From positions 342,488,001 through 342,552,000 of the forward strand of contig OZ024743.1 in NCBI GenBank assembly GCA_964016885.1: a DNA stretch of 64,000 nucleotides. The letters run 5' to 3'. Below, piece after piece: positions 51,918 through 63,121 of this stretch. The notes beneath the pieces are model-generated. The model saw only the letters and a list, made by a program, of their open reading frames with translations. It searched no databases and was not told where the DNA came from. The translations under genes and the position numbers were made by a program. This DNA is from Eledone cirrhosa (Eukaryota). Position 1 is the first letter of the stretch, and each line of letters opens with the position of its first letter.

Positions 51918-54900
51918 CTACAGGATGGTATACAGAGAAGGCCCATTTACACGAGCCATTCTCGCCACTATCACCCACCTTTCATAAAACTGCCTGTGGC
52001 CAAGCACCTCTCTCTCCATTCTTATCCTTCTTCCGAAGTGATATCGGAAGAAGTAGACCAGACTATGGCCAGAGAGGAAGTTGCCTGACCTCAGACCTTT
52101 CAATCGTGTCCACCAAACAACCTCTTTCAACATGGCTATTACGCACAGAAAAACCGCCTTTGCTTCCTTTGTGAAGAGGGGAGGCGGTTTGATTGTCATC
52201 ACGGACTCGGCTGTCAATTTAATCGGCGCCACCCGCGACAGCAGTTGTTCGGCGTAGCCCCACAGATCAGCCACGCCCGGACATTGCACCAATGCGTGCG
52301 CCACGGTTTCTTCGTGACGCACGCATCTAGGGCAAATCTTTTTTGAGGGATCCCTGCCCGGGCGCCCGTGTCTGTAGAGCCTCTCTCGAACGGGTAGAGC
52401 CCCTCGGTAGCACTGCCAGGCCAGTGACTTCTGGAAGTTGTCCATTGGTCCTGGGCCGAAAGTCCTACCGAACAGGCTGGCCAGTTCGTCTTCTTCCATG
52501 TCCAGCGACTCTCCAAGGGTGTCATCGCCCCTGCTAGCCACCAGCCCTCTATAGAATGATGAGGTGGATTCTCCACCGATGGCCCGGCCCGCTTGCCAGA
52601 GAGCCCTGAGCGCCTGAGCACACTCAGTGTGCCAGTCTCCCAGTTTTCCGGATCTTTGCTTGACCCAGGACTGTAGCTCGGTGAGTGAGACGAGTCTCGG
52701 AAAGGCTCGTTTCACGAACGGAGCCCACACCGGTTGACCAGTGAGGAATACCTGTAGGTGCCGTAGCCTTAATGCGTGCCTACGCATCATCAACCACGGC
52801 ATCCCCAGCCCTCCTTTCGAAGGTTGTTGGCAGCAGATGGATCTTCTCACCATAGGAGGACGCTTCTTCCAAAGAAATTGGAAGAGCATGCGTTCCATGG
52901 TGGTGAGTGTTTCCTTAGGGCAAGGCACGACAGTCAGGCGGTAGTAAGTGACGGACGCTATGTAAATGTTCGCCACCTCCGCCCGGCCTTTTAGGGACAG
53001 CTTACACTTGGCCCATTTCTGGGTTAGTGCAAACACCTTGTTCGTAACCTCGTTCCAGTTCTTTTCCACCTGGAGGTCCGGTCCAAACCAGACCCCAAGC
53101 AACTTTACCGGGCCCTCCGTCCAGTGTCCGACGACACCATCGGGAGGCATCGGTCTGCCTCTCCACGTTCCGAGTTGCAGCCCGATGGATTTTTCCCGGT
53201 TCAGTTTCGCTCCTGACAACCTTTCGTACTCCTCCAGTAAGGTACCGATCGCCTCGATCTCCGAGTCGGTTGATACCATTACTGTTACGTCATCGGCGTA
53301 GGCCGACACCGCTTTGCTCAATCCTGGTTCCAGGGGGATACCCTGCAACAACTCCAACTTCCTCAGTAAAGGCTCGAGAGTCAATACGTACAGAAGGGAG
53401 GAGAGAGGGCACCCCTGTCGAATGGATCGTGTGATTTCGAACGGCTTCGAAAGGTAGCCGTTCACCTTGATCCTAGAACAGATGTGGTTGCTATGTAGGG
53501 CAGTGATCCAGCCTCTGAAAACAGGACCGAACCCAGCCGCCGCTAGCACCGCATCCAGGTAACCATGGTCGACCCTATCGAAGGCCTTAGACTGATCCAA
53601 GTTGATCAGGGCCCCACCGAAGCCGGGTTTGTTGCCAACCCTCTCTATGATGTATCGCATGAGGTGGAGGTTATCGTGAATGGACCTGGATGGGATAGCA
53701 CATGTCTGCGCATCTCCCACCAGGCCACCCACGACAAGCGCCAACCTCTTTGCTAACACCTTGGCCAAAATCTTTAACTCTGTGTTTAGCAGGGTTATGG
53801 GCCGAAAATTATTTATACTATCCCCCTTGTTCTCGTCCTTCCTCACCAGCGTGACTACGCCCTTGGCTACAGAACAAGGAATTCTCCCGTTCTGCTGCCA
53901 ATTGCAGTAGACCGCTTCGAGGAGTTCGGAGAAGAAGACCGGCATTGCTAAATAAAGTTCGTAAGGTATACCATCGAGACCTGGAGATTTGCGTCTGCTG
54001 CATTGGCTCAGCGCATCTCCGATCTCATCAGCCGAGATTGGTCCCTCGCAGGACTCCGCCTCTTTGTTCGAGAGACGCGGCAGGCCGTCGAGGTATGGAC
54101 CGAAATCCACGCCCCGGCCCGGACCCTCGCCTCCCCCGAACAATCGGGCAAAGTGCTTTTGAAAGGCCTCGCACATCTGCTTAGGCTCCCGGATCACTCG
54201 TCCATCTTCGTCTTGCAACGACCGGATGGTGGATCGATTTCCACTTTTAGCTTCTGTCACGCGGGCCCATCCAACGGCTTTGGCCCCCTCATTACCTAGA
54301 GCACGTATTTTACTTCGAATGACGCAGCCTTCATGCTTTGCATCGAAAAACTGGTTCAAGGCCGTCCTCGATGCCAGCACTCTGGCCACATCTTCGCTCT
54401 TGATTGCCTCTTCTAATTTACCTGTTAATTCTTTCTCGTTTCTATTCCTATTGGCAGCTAACATCTTGCTATAACTTATTGATTCTGTTCTAATCTCTCT
54501 TTTGAGAGATGCCCACCATCGGTTGTTGACGATTGCACCCGTCAACCTCTCCTTAACTAATCTGCTAATCCGGTTTCTGTAAGTCTCTTTTGCCGGTAAA
54601 GACAAATTAAGTTTCCAGTAACCGGGACCCTGTCTATGTGTTTTCTCGAGATTGACCACGCAGGTCACTAATTTGTGATCCGTGTAGCCAACCGTGCGCA
54701 TTTCTGGACAGCTTAATATGTCCCTATCCTTACTTCTAACTAAGAATCTATCTAAGTACGATCTAGATTGACCACTGTGGTTTCTCCAAGTCCAGGTAGG
54801 CACAGTTGGAAAATCTAGTCGATATCTATCGACCAAGTTAAAACGGTCGAGTAACCCCTTGAGGCTGTTACACCCCCCTCTATTAGGACATGCTCCTGCA

Positions 54901-55355
54901 TAGTCCCAACGTGCATCTAGGATGTCATTCCAATCCCCCGCTAGAAGCAGGGAACGCGACGTTCCCAGAAAAGTCTCCAAACGCTGGAAGAAGTCGGGCC
55001 GTTCAGCTCCGAAAGGGGAGTAGACGGCGACCAGTCTCAAGGCCGCACTTTCACTACTGCCAACGTCTAGCACCAACAAACGACCCTCCGGGTCCGAGTG
55101 CACAACCTGTACGGCAAGACCCAGGTGTTTTTGCAGCAGCACGACAACCCCACCCCCACCTCCAGGTTGACAGAGAGATGCATGCACCTCAAAGTCATCG
55201 AAGGTGGGGGCCAGCTGCCGCATGACGCTGATTCGAGTCTCACAGATAACCATTACATTTATACTACATGACCTGAGGTCATTTAGAAGCTTTGCTTGCT
55301 TCCAAGTTGAGCCCAGGCCACGTGCATTCAAACATCCTACTCTTAACACATCCAT
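51918..55355 (-). CDS. ORF2p: APE endonuclease, reverse transcriptase, zinc-binding domain
   Basis: CLNARGL, ICETR, AGDWN, SYLDRF, YTDHKL; KSPGLDG, FRPITLLN, DQSKAFD, RQGCPLS, YADD, KLLGV, GGLG; CPRCVRHEETVAHALVQC. Confidence 0.97.
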   Translation of the reverse strand: MDVLRVGCLNARGLGSTWKQAKLLNDLRSCSINVMVICETRISVMRQLAPTFDDFEVHASLCQPGGGGGVVVLLQKHLGLAVQVVHSDPEGRLLVLDVGSSESAALRLVAVYSPFGAERPDFFQRLETFLGTSRSLLLAGDWNDILDARWDYAGACPNRGGCNSLKGLLDRFNLVDRYRLDFPTVPTWTWRNHSGQSRSYLDRFLVRSKDRDILSCPEMRTVGYTDHKLVTCVVNLEKTHRQGPGYWKLNLSLPAKETYRNRISRLVKERLTGAIVNNRWWASLKREIRTESISYSKMLAANRNRNEKELTGKLEEAIKSEDVARVLASRTALNQFFDAKHEGCVIRSKIRALGNEGAKAVGWARVTEAKSGNRSTIRSLQDEDGRVIREPKQMCEAFQKHFARLFGGGEGPGRGVDFGPYLDGLPRLSNKEAESCEGPISADEIGDALSQCSRRKSPGLDGIPYELYLAMPVFFSELLEAVYCNWQQNGRIPCSVAKGVVTLVRKDENKGDSINNFRPITLLNTELKILAKVLAKRLALVVGGLVGDAQTCAIPSRSIHDNLHLMRYIIERVGNKPGFGGALINLDQSKAFDRVDHGYLDAVLAAAGFGPVFRGWITALHSNHICSRIKVNGYLSKPFEITRSIRQGCPLSSLLYVLTLEPLLRKLELLQGIPLEPGLSKAVSAYADDVTVMVSTDSEIEAIGTLLEEYERLSGAKLNREKSIGLQLGTWRGRPMPPDGVVGHWTEGPVKLLGVWFGPDLQVEKNWNEVTNKVFALTQKWAKCKLSLKGRAEVANIYIASVTYYRLTVVPCPKETLTTMERMLFQFLWKKRPPMVRRSICCQQPSKGGLGMPWLMMRRHALRLRHLQVFLTGQPVWAPFVKRAFPRLVSLTELQSWVKQRSGKLGDWHTECAQALRALWQAGRAIGGESTSSFYRGLVASRGDDTLGESLDMEEDELASLFGRTFGPGPMDNFQKSLAWQCYRGALPVRERLYRHGRPGRDPSKKICPRCVRHEETVAHALVQCPGVADLWGYAEQLLSRVAPIKLTAESVMTIKPPPLFTKEAKAVFLCVIAMLKEVVWWTRLKGLRSGNFLSGHSLVYFFRYHFGRRIRMEREVLGHRQFYERWVIVARMARVNGPSLYTIL

Positions 55356-55388
55356 GTGGGCGGCAGAGCCAAAGGAGAGTGTAGAGAC

Positions 55389-57266
55389 CTACCTTTCCGC
55401 TTCCCGGGGTTCGGGTTGCACGACTTCCATGGGGTCGGGGGTGTTGGGTGAAGGGGTGTCTTGTGGTGGTGTGGGGTCGTCGGTGTGTGGTGGGGTTGGG
55501 GTGTTTGGAGTTGTGTTGGGGAGGGGAAGGGGAGGGGGAAAGCTTTTTAGTAGGACGCGGTTTATGGGTTTGACAGAGGGTGGTCCTACGTCCTCCTTAA
55601 AATCCTTTTTTAGTTTTTGGTAGAGGTTCATTGGGATTTTTATTAGTTTTAAATGTGGGTGGTTTTCTGATGAAACAAAGTTTACACCTTCGGTTTGTAC
55701 CGAAGGATTATTGTATATGAGTTCATTTAATTTATTATTGTTTCTGTTGATGTAAGTATAGTGTAATGTCTTTTTTTCCGATGGTGTGAGTGTTTCGAAG
55801 AGGGGAGGGGCAGGTTTGGTTTTGTTTGTTGCTGGAGGGGTGTTTTCTGTTTTGTTAGATTGTGTTGCGATTTGGGTGGGGGTTGTTTGTCCTTGTGTGT
55901 TTTGCACATGTTTTCTTTTTTTCCTTTTAATCTGTCTGAAGGACTCCGTTTCTTCCTCCGAATTCGTTGGGTTATCTTCAGTGTTGGAGGGAAGAGGTAT
56001 GTTTGCTGGTAATGTTTCCGTGTTGGTTTTCTTTGTGGGGGAGATGGATGTCACTATGTTAGACTGTGTTGTGTGTTGTGTCTGCGGTGGTTGTGTTGTT
56101 TTATTGAGTGAGAGGTTGGGTGGGCCTGTATTTTGTTTTGGGGTAATGTGTTGTGACTGTTTGTGTTGTGGTGGTGTTGTGGTGTTACTGAGGGACGGGT
56201 TGGGTGGGACTGAGTTTTGTTGTTTGTTTATCTGTTGTGGTGGTGGTGGTGGAGCTGGTGTTGGTAGCAGGGTTTTCTTTTTGTTGAGTTGGGGACAAGC
56301 GGCCTTCAGGTGCCCTCTGCCTGCACAGATATGGCAGGACGGCCTTCTCCCCTCCACGCTAATGTTTATATACCCGTGGTCCTCTAATAGGATTCTGTCG
56401 GGTATTTGGGCGATGCGTTCAGGCTTCATTTGTACTACCAGCTCTATACCTGTTCCACTGAACGCATTGCCTGTGGTTTTCCCAATGGAAATCACGTTGT
56501 CATTCACTGGATCGATGAAGCCAGCTATGAGCCAGCAGTAGTCCACATCTGGCATCATTGCATCCAGCCATATGCGTTGAGTTTTTTTCCCCATATAAGA
56601 TGGATAAAAGGTGAAATTTTTCGAACGAATCGGTGACAAAGCACATTTTTTTGCCGCCGATTCGTTCTTCATGATAATTGCTAGGCTTCCATACAGTCTG
56701 TCTTTTCTTATGAAAGTTGTTTCATTCAGTACTTCTGCGAGTACTGTTTTGATATCTGCTTGAGAAGGCTGTTCAGGTTTTTTTGTACTGTTGTTGATGG
56801 TCCGAAACTTGACCGTTCGGCTTTCAATGTCTTTCGTGAATTCTTGAGGCATTTTTACCAATAAAATACCATTCTCACCTTCACTTATGTATTGTTTTGC
56901 GTCCGTGATCCTTCGTACCACATCTGAAATGTTTTCCGCTATATAAGTCAAAGATTTCTTTGTTTTCTGTGCAAATGAAATCTTGTCGTCTGCTTTGTTT
57001 TCTGATATTATGTTATTTTCAACTGTTATTTTTTTGTTTGTTGTGTCTTTGTTTGTGTTATTAGTATTGTCATGCAATTTTTCAAATTTTTTTTCTTCGT
57101 TGTTTTCGACATTTAATTTTTTCTCCGCAGATTCGTCCGTTTTTATTTTCATTTTTCCTTCCTTCTCTATGACGTTAGTTGGGAAGGAAGGGAGGACTAA
57201 AGCGTGCGAGCTTACAACTCTTACCGCTGTCCCCCCACCACTATTTTCGTTCGCTGCGTTTAACAT
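55389..57266 (-). CDS. ORF1p: gag-like nucleic-acid-binding protein with CCHC knuckle and Pro/Thr/Gln-rich tail
   Basis: CHICAGRGHLKAAC; 625 aa open; lies directly upstream of ORF2. Confidence 0.93.
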   Translation of the reverse strand: MLNAANENSGGGTAVRVVSSHALVLPSFPTNVIEKEGKMKIKTDESAEKKLNVENNEEKKFEKLHDNTNNTNKDTTNKKITVENNIISENKADDKISFAQKTKKSLTYIAENISDVVRRITDAKQYISEGENGILLVKMPQEFTKDIESRTVKFRTINNSTKKPEQPSQADIKTVLAEVLNETTFIRKDRLYGSLAIIMKNESAAKKCALSPIRSKNFTFYPSYMGKKTQRIWLDAMMPDVDYCWLIAGFIDPVNDNVISIGKTTGNAFSGTGIELVVQMKPERIAQIPDRILLEDHGYINISVEGRRPSCHICAGRGHLKAACPQLNKKKTLLPTPAPPPPPQQINKQQNSVPPNPSLSNTTTPPQHKQSQHITPKQNTGPPNLSLNKTTQPPQTQHTTQSNIVTSISPTKKTNTETLPANIPLPSNTEDNPTNSEEETESFRQIKRKKRKHVQNTQGQTTPTQIATQSNKTENTPPATNKTKPAPPLFETLTPSEKKTLHYTYINRNNNKLNELIYNNPSVQTEGVNFVSSENHPHLKLIKIPMNLYQKLKKDFKEDVGPPSVKPINRVLLKSFPPPLPLPNTTPNTPTPPHTDDPTPPQDTPSPNTPDPMEVVQPEPREAER

Positions 57267-57498
57267 TTCTGTTAGACGATTGAAATTTTTTACACAAAAT
57301 TTTTTTTAAAACAGGTTTTTCACCTCTAGGAGGGGTAAAGATGAGCTGACCCACCGCCTGACAGTTCAGACGGAGGGTCAAGCTACACAATTGTATCAAA
57401 ATTAAGTTTGAACTCACAAAATTTCCTCAATAAATTTGAACAAAACTTCTGTGCGAAGTGAATGACATCCACACTGTAGAACAGACGACAGCTAGATT

Positions 57499-57546
<48 letters not shown>
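57499..57546 (+). repeat. (GATA)n microsatellite between copies B and C
   Basis: Direct reading. Confidence 0.98.
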
Positions 57547-57548
57547 TA

Positions 57549-59893
57549 TTTCTTTTATTTGCCACTAGGGCATCAAAAGTGGGACAAGTACAAAGGGGGG
57601 AGTTTACACAAAAAGGCGTCCTCAATAAGGAGGAGGCAATAACAAAATATAAAAATAAAATAAGATATAACAAAAAATAAAATTTTTAACAAAATCCTCA
57701 ATAGAGAGGAGGCGCCTTGGGGGGTCGCACACACCCCCGAAAAAGGTGTGCAACCCTTCTCCTCAGGAGCACAGAGAAGGGGTGCTCCCTTGGTCTTTCA
57801 TCTTCCTCACCTATAGTCTGATGTAGAGTGAAGGCCCATTCACACGGGCCATTCTCGCCACTTTCACCCATCTTTCATAGAAACGGCTGGGGTGCAGCAC
57901 CTCTCTCTCCATCCTGATCCTTCTTCCGAAATGATATCGGAAGAAACGGACCAGTTGTTGGCCAGAGAGAAAGGTGCCCGTCCTCAGTCCTTTCAGACGC
58001 GTCCACCATACAACCTCTTTCGCCATGGCTATTACGCACAGAAACACCGCCTCTGCTTCATCTTTGAAGGGGGGAGGCGGCTTGATCATTACAATAGACT
58101 CGGTGGTAAACCGGATCGGTCCCACCCTTGACAGCAGTTGTTCGACATAGCCCCACAGATCGGCTACGCCCGAGCAGTGTACTAATGCGTGTGCAACGGT
58201 TTCCTCGTCGCACACGCATCTGGGACAGATCTTTTTGGCGGGGTCCCTACCCGGGCGCCCGTGTCTGTAGAGCCTTTCTCGAACGGGTAAAGCCCCTCGG
58301 TAGCACTGCCAGGCCAGGGACTTCTGGAAGTTGTCCATAGGTCCCGGGCTGAATGTCCTACCGAACAGGCTGGCCAGTTCGTCCTCCTCCATGTCTAGGG
58401 CTTCTCCGAGGGCGTCGTCGCACCTGCTGCGTACCAGCCCTCTATAGAATGTTGCGGTGGAGTCTCCACTGATAACCGGATCCGCCTGCCAGAGGGCGGT
58501 GAGCGCCTGGGCACAATCAGTGTGCCAGGCGCCCAGTTTTCTCGGTCTTTGCTTGACCCAGGATTGCAGCTCGGTGAGTGAGACGAGTCTGGGAAAGGTT
58601 CGTCTCACAAACGAGGCCCACACCGGTTGTCCGGTGAGGAATACGTAGAGGTGCCGTAGCCTTAATGCGTGTTTACGCATCATTAGCCACGGCATCCCCA
58701 GCCCTCCTTTCGAAGGGTGTTGACAGCAGATGGATCTCCTCACCATAGGAGCCCGCCTCTTCCAAAGGAATTGGAAGAGCGCGCGCTCCATCTTGGTGAG
58801 GGTTTCCCTTGGGCAGGGCACTACGGTCAGGCGGTAGTAGATGACGGACGCTATGTAGGTGTTCGCCACCTCCGCCCGATCTTTCAGGGATAGTTTGCAA
58901 CTGGCCCACTTCTGGGTCAGTGCAAACACCCTGTTCGTAACCTCCGCCCAGTTTTTCTCCACCTGGAGGTCCGGTCCGAACCAGACCCCGAGCAACTTCA
59001 CCGGGCCCTCTGTCCAGCGTCCGACGACGCTATCGGAGGGCATCGGTCTGCCCTTCCACGTGCCGAGTTGAAAACCGATCGACTTGTCCCGGTTCAGCTT
59101 AGCCCCTGTGAACTTTTCGTACTCCTCCAGTAAGGTGCCGACCGCCTCGATTTCGGAGGCCGTCGACACCATTACTGTCACGTCATCGGCGTAGGCCGAC
59201 ACCGCTTTCCGCAATCCCGGTTCCAAAGGGATGCCCTGCAACAACTCCAACTTCCGCAGTAGTGGCTCGAGAGTCAACACATACAGAAGGGAGGAGAGAG
59301 GGCACCCTTGTCGGATGGACCGCGCGATTTTGAACGGCTCCGAGAGGTAGCCGTTCACCTTGACCCTAGAGCAGATGCGGCTGCTGTGCATAGCAGTGAT
59401 CCAGCCCCTGAAAACGGGTCCGAAGCCTGCCGCCGCTAGCACCGCATCCAGGTAACCATGGTCGACCCTATCGAACGCCTTAGATTGATCCAAGTTGATC
59501 AGAGCCCCACCAAAGCCGGGTTCGTTCCCAACCCTCTCTATGATGTATCGCATGAGGTGGAGGTTGTCATGGATGGACCTGGACGGGATAGCGCATGTCT
59601 GCGCATCTCCCACCAGGTTGCCCACGACAAGCGCCAACCTCTTTGCTAGCACCTTGGCCAAAATCTGTAACTCTGTATTTAGCAGTGTTATGGGCCTGAA
59701 GTTACTTATTTCGTCCCCCTTGTTCTCGTCCTTCCTCACTAGCGTGACTACGCCCTTTGTCACAGTACAGGGAATTCTCCCGTTCTGTTGCCAGTTGCAG
59801 TAGACCGCCTCGAGGAGATCGGGGAACAAGTCCGGCATAGCTAGATATAATTCGTAAGGAAGACCATCGAGACCCGGGGATTTGGGGATTTGC
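57549..59893 (-). mobile_element. Tx1/L1-clade LINE copy C, 5'-truncated at the start of RT
   Basis: Open frame from KSPGLDG to stop at 57811; 3' UTR homologous to A and B; 5' junction has a short GGGGATTT duplication then (GATA)n 59894-59953. Confidence 0.95.
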
Positions 59894-59953
<60 letters not shown>

Positions 59954-60193
59954 CATATGGAGATATATATATATATATGTGTGTGTGTGTGTATATGCAT
60001 ATATATAAATGCATATATATATATATAGAGAGAGAAATAATACACACACATACACACACATACATATAAACATATGTGTGTGTGTGTGTGTATTTATATG
60101 TATATTTCAATGTCGTCTACCCTTCGTGGTAGGGTGCGTACCGTAGGAGTCTGATAGTATACAGTTATATAACTGCTATATATCACTCTATAC

Positions 60194-61235
60194 CAGTGGT
60201 TCTCAACGGTGGGCCAAGGGCCCACTCAGTGGGCCCGGGACAATTTTGAGTGGCCCGGAGAAATTTCAGTGGGCCTCCGTTGGAAGAAGTGTTGAATATT
60301 TTAAGAATAAGTTGGAAACACGCAGAAGAAAGTCACAACTTCCGATGCAGATGTTCATGCGAAAAAAGAACGATGTTAACAAAAAGGCACTTAAATCGTG
60401 TTACATCGTAAGTGAAATGGTCGCAAAGGTGTGTAAACCTCACACGATCGCCGAACTCCTGGTAAAACCGACCATGCTTGCGTGTACAAAGGAAATGCTG
60501 GGAGTAGAATCCACCAATATTTTATCGAAAATTCCGCTTTCCAACGACACAATCAAACGCAAACGGGATGAAATGGCAGCAGATATTGAAAATCAGCTGG
60601 TGGAGAAGCTTCGAGTACTCAAATGTTCTCTCCAAATTGATGAAACGACTCTTCATAACTGTGCATTTCTCCTTGCCTATGTTCGGTTCATTGAGGGAAC
60701 GTGTATTCGTGAAGAAATGCTTTTTATGAAATCATTGAAAGACACAAAAAGCGAATCCATTTTTGCATCAGTGTATGAATATTTTGAAGAAAAAAAGATC
60801 CCACTTTCTAATCTACTTCAGATTGCCACAGATTGTACAAATTCTATGACGGGTGTACATAATGGATTCATTGCAAAACTTAAGAAAGTCGCACCGCACG
60901 TCTTATCCATACATTGCATCATTCACCATCAACACCTTGCAGCCAAATGCCTAAGTAGCGACATGGAGCATGCACTTCAAGTTGCTATTTCAAGCATTAA
61001 CTTCGTAAAAGTGAATGGTCTCTACTAACGATTGTTTTCAGAACTGTGTGAAAATGAAGAACATCGTGCACTTCTTTTACATACCGAGGTTTTACATACC
61101 GCTGGCTTTCCAAGGGAAATTCGCTAAATCGTCTCGTAAAATTATGGGATCCGCTTTTTCTATTCATACAGCGAATGGCGATTGAGGCATGCAGACGAAT
61201 TCAACGAGAAAGAGCAGGCCTCCTAGTCGAGTAAA
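60194..61235 (+). mobile_element. hAT DNA transposon relic (Buster/Charlie, ZBED5-like transposase), internally deleted and truncated
   Basis: TIR-like CAGTGGTTCTCAAC at 60194 preceded by CTCTATAC; ORF 60246-61028 KPHTIAELLVKP, IPLSNDTI, SLQIDETT, LLAYVRF, ATD...MTG, IHCIIH; LLLHTEV after the stop. Confidence 0.9.
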
Positions 61236-61654
61236 CAATAATAATGAATAGTAAGATTTATAGTTACAGTATTTTCTTGAGTATATTTGGAGAGTTTGAC
61301 CATTAAAAACTTGCGCATAACTGGAGTATAACAGTGTCATGTTTGTAGTTTGGTTTCTAATATGAATATTATTAGATGTGTCATAATATAATAAAGGGAG
61401 GAGTGCGGAACTGTGTCCTGAATATATTTTGTTATCCTGTTAGTAAAGTAAGTCGGATTACTTTGAATAAATAATGAATTAATATTACATAATTTATGTA
61501 CTAAATTTCGTAACTGTTAATTAAACATAAATATGCTTATTTTAAGATTCACTTCTTTCAAAATTTTCAAATGTCAATATTTCTGGTTATGACATAACGG
61601 ACGCTATAATATAACGCTTATATAAACGTTCATATATATGCATCATTATATCAT

Positions 61655-61782
61655 AAAATAAAGTACCAGTAATGAACTGGATAATTGCTGACCTTGTGCC
61701 TAAAGTAGAAACAATTATATCATAACGTACCAGTAATACACTGGAATAATTGCTGGCCTTGTGCCAAAAGTAGAAACAATTA
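61655..61782 (+). mobile_element. Two tandem SINE 3' fragments
   Basis: GTACCAGTAAT...CCTTGTGCC.AAAGTAGAAACAATTATATCATAACGT repeated twice. Confidence 0.8.
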
Positions 61783-62863
61783 TATCATAACGTTTATATT
61801 GCGTATAATATCAATATGCACACTACACATACTAGCAGAAAACCACGCAAATGGTGGTTTTTCTGCTAGTATTATATAATACATAAGTCTAGGGTGATTC
61901 CACACACATAAATAAATGAAGCAGGATGTAATTATCGGTGTGGCATGTAGGTAATATAAACATTCCCTAAAGTATAAGTATACATTTCCTGTCTCTTGTG
62001 CAATGTTATGAATGTTATGACAACGTAGATGTGAATTTAGGGTACAGCTTTTGCCAGAATAAGATATCACATCTAGGAATTCATTTGTATATTTTAGGAA
62101 GTATTATTAGAATCAGCATTCAGTAATTATAAGTTAAAATATATTTCTCCTGAATATTTCTACTCATTTATCACTATTATGTATTACTTGAATGTACTTA
62201 GAAAATCTTAGATTTCACGCGGCTAATTAACGGAAGATGAATCGAGGTTGAAAGAAATGTGGAACTCTGTATTAGATATAAGCATAAATTAAATTTTTCA
62301 AGTGTCATATCTCGTGCTAAGAAAATATTTCCAGGCCTCTTATATTTTTTATATAAATAATCGTTATTAGACTTAACGCAAGTGTCACATTTCAATATTG
62401 TAGAAGAGCAGAATGAAATCATTCTCCACTTTTCTAGATTTCCCAATATGCAATTAATTCAAATAAATAATTTGCTTTCCGATAACAATTTATTTCGAAA
62501 TTTACATTTAAATTGGCTGTATAGGTCTAAAATATGATTTAAATTGCTAGTTAACTTCTTTAATGAAATTCGTCTTTTAGTATCCAATCATTTCGTTACG
62601 TAGAACTAAATAAATAAGTGACAGATATGATATATTTTTATGAATGATTTTCTGTTCATTTTGTATTGCTTTTTCTGCTACTTTGAATATTTATGTATAA
62701 ACTAAGCACCACCTGATACCAATATTATTTCCTTTAAGGAAAGTTCAAGAAAGAACTTATAATGATAGATCCAGTTAAAATTAAAATAATTAGACTTTAC
62801 TTGCATCTACTGAGTTCTTTACTTGTCTTGGCTATTTAACTGAGACCTTCATACATACACACA

Positions 62864-62915
<52 letters not shown>

Positions 62916-63121
62916 AGCATATGTTGGTTGTTTACCGACACCTTAGTATGCAGATTGGAGCACTCGACGAAGTAGGCAGGTTAGTTTGTTTACACAGGAG
63001 TAATGATTCCAGTTCCTCAAGGAAATAACAACACAACCAGGAGCTGGACATATCGATGTATTGACGGAGTAAAACACACTTCAACAACACGTGTACCTGT
63101 CTTTCCTACACCAATTCGGAC

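Larger units (their letters stand above)
51703..57496 (-). mobile_element. Tx1/L1-clade LINE copy B, full length with intact ORFs
   Basis: Uninterrupted 625-aa ORF1 and 1145-aa ORF2, AATAAA at 51707-51712, GATA repeats on both sides. Confidence 0.97.

Noticed and set aside
46094-59803. Many plus-strand and alternate-frame ORFs over the Tx1 copies
   Set aside because: Shadow ORFs of GC-rich ORF1/ORF2 with no recognisable domains
59894-60057. N-terminal extension of the 748-aa ORF (MCMCVY...IYLSIYLS)
   Set aside because: Read-through of flanking microsatellite; the element is 5'-truncated at ~59893
60246-61028. Domesticated host ZBED gene
   Set aside because: Directly follows a TIR, lacks the N-terminal BED finger, and has a stop and truncation downstream
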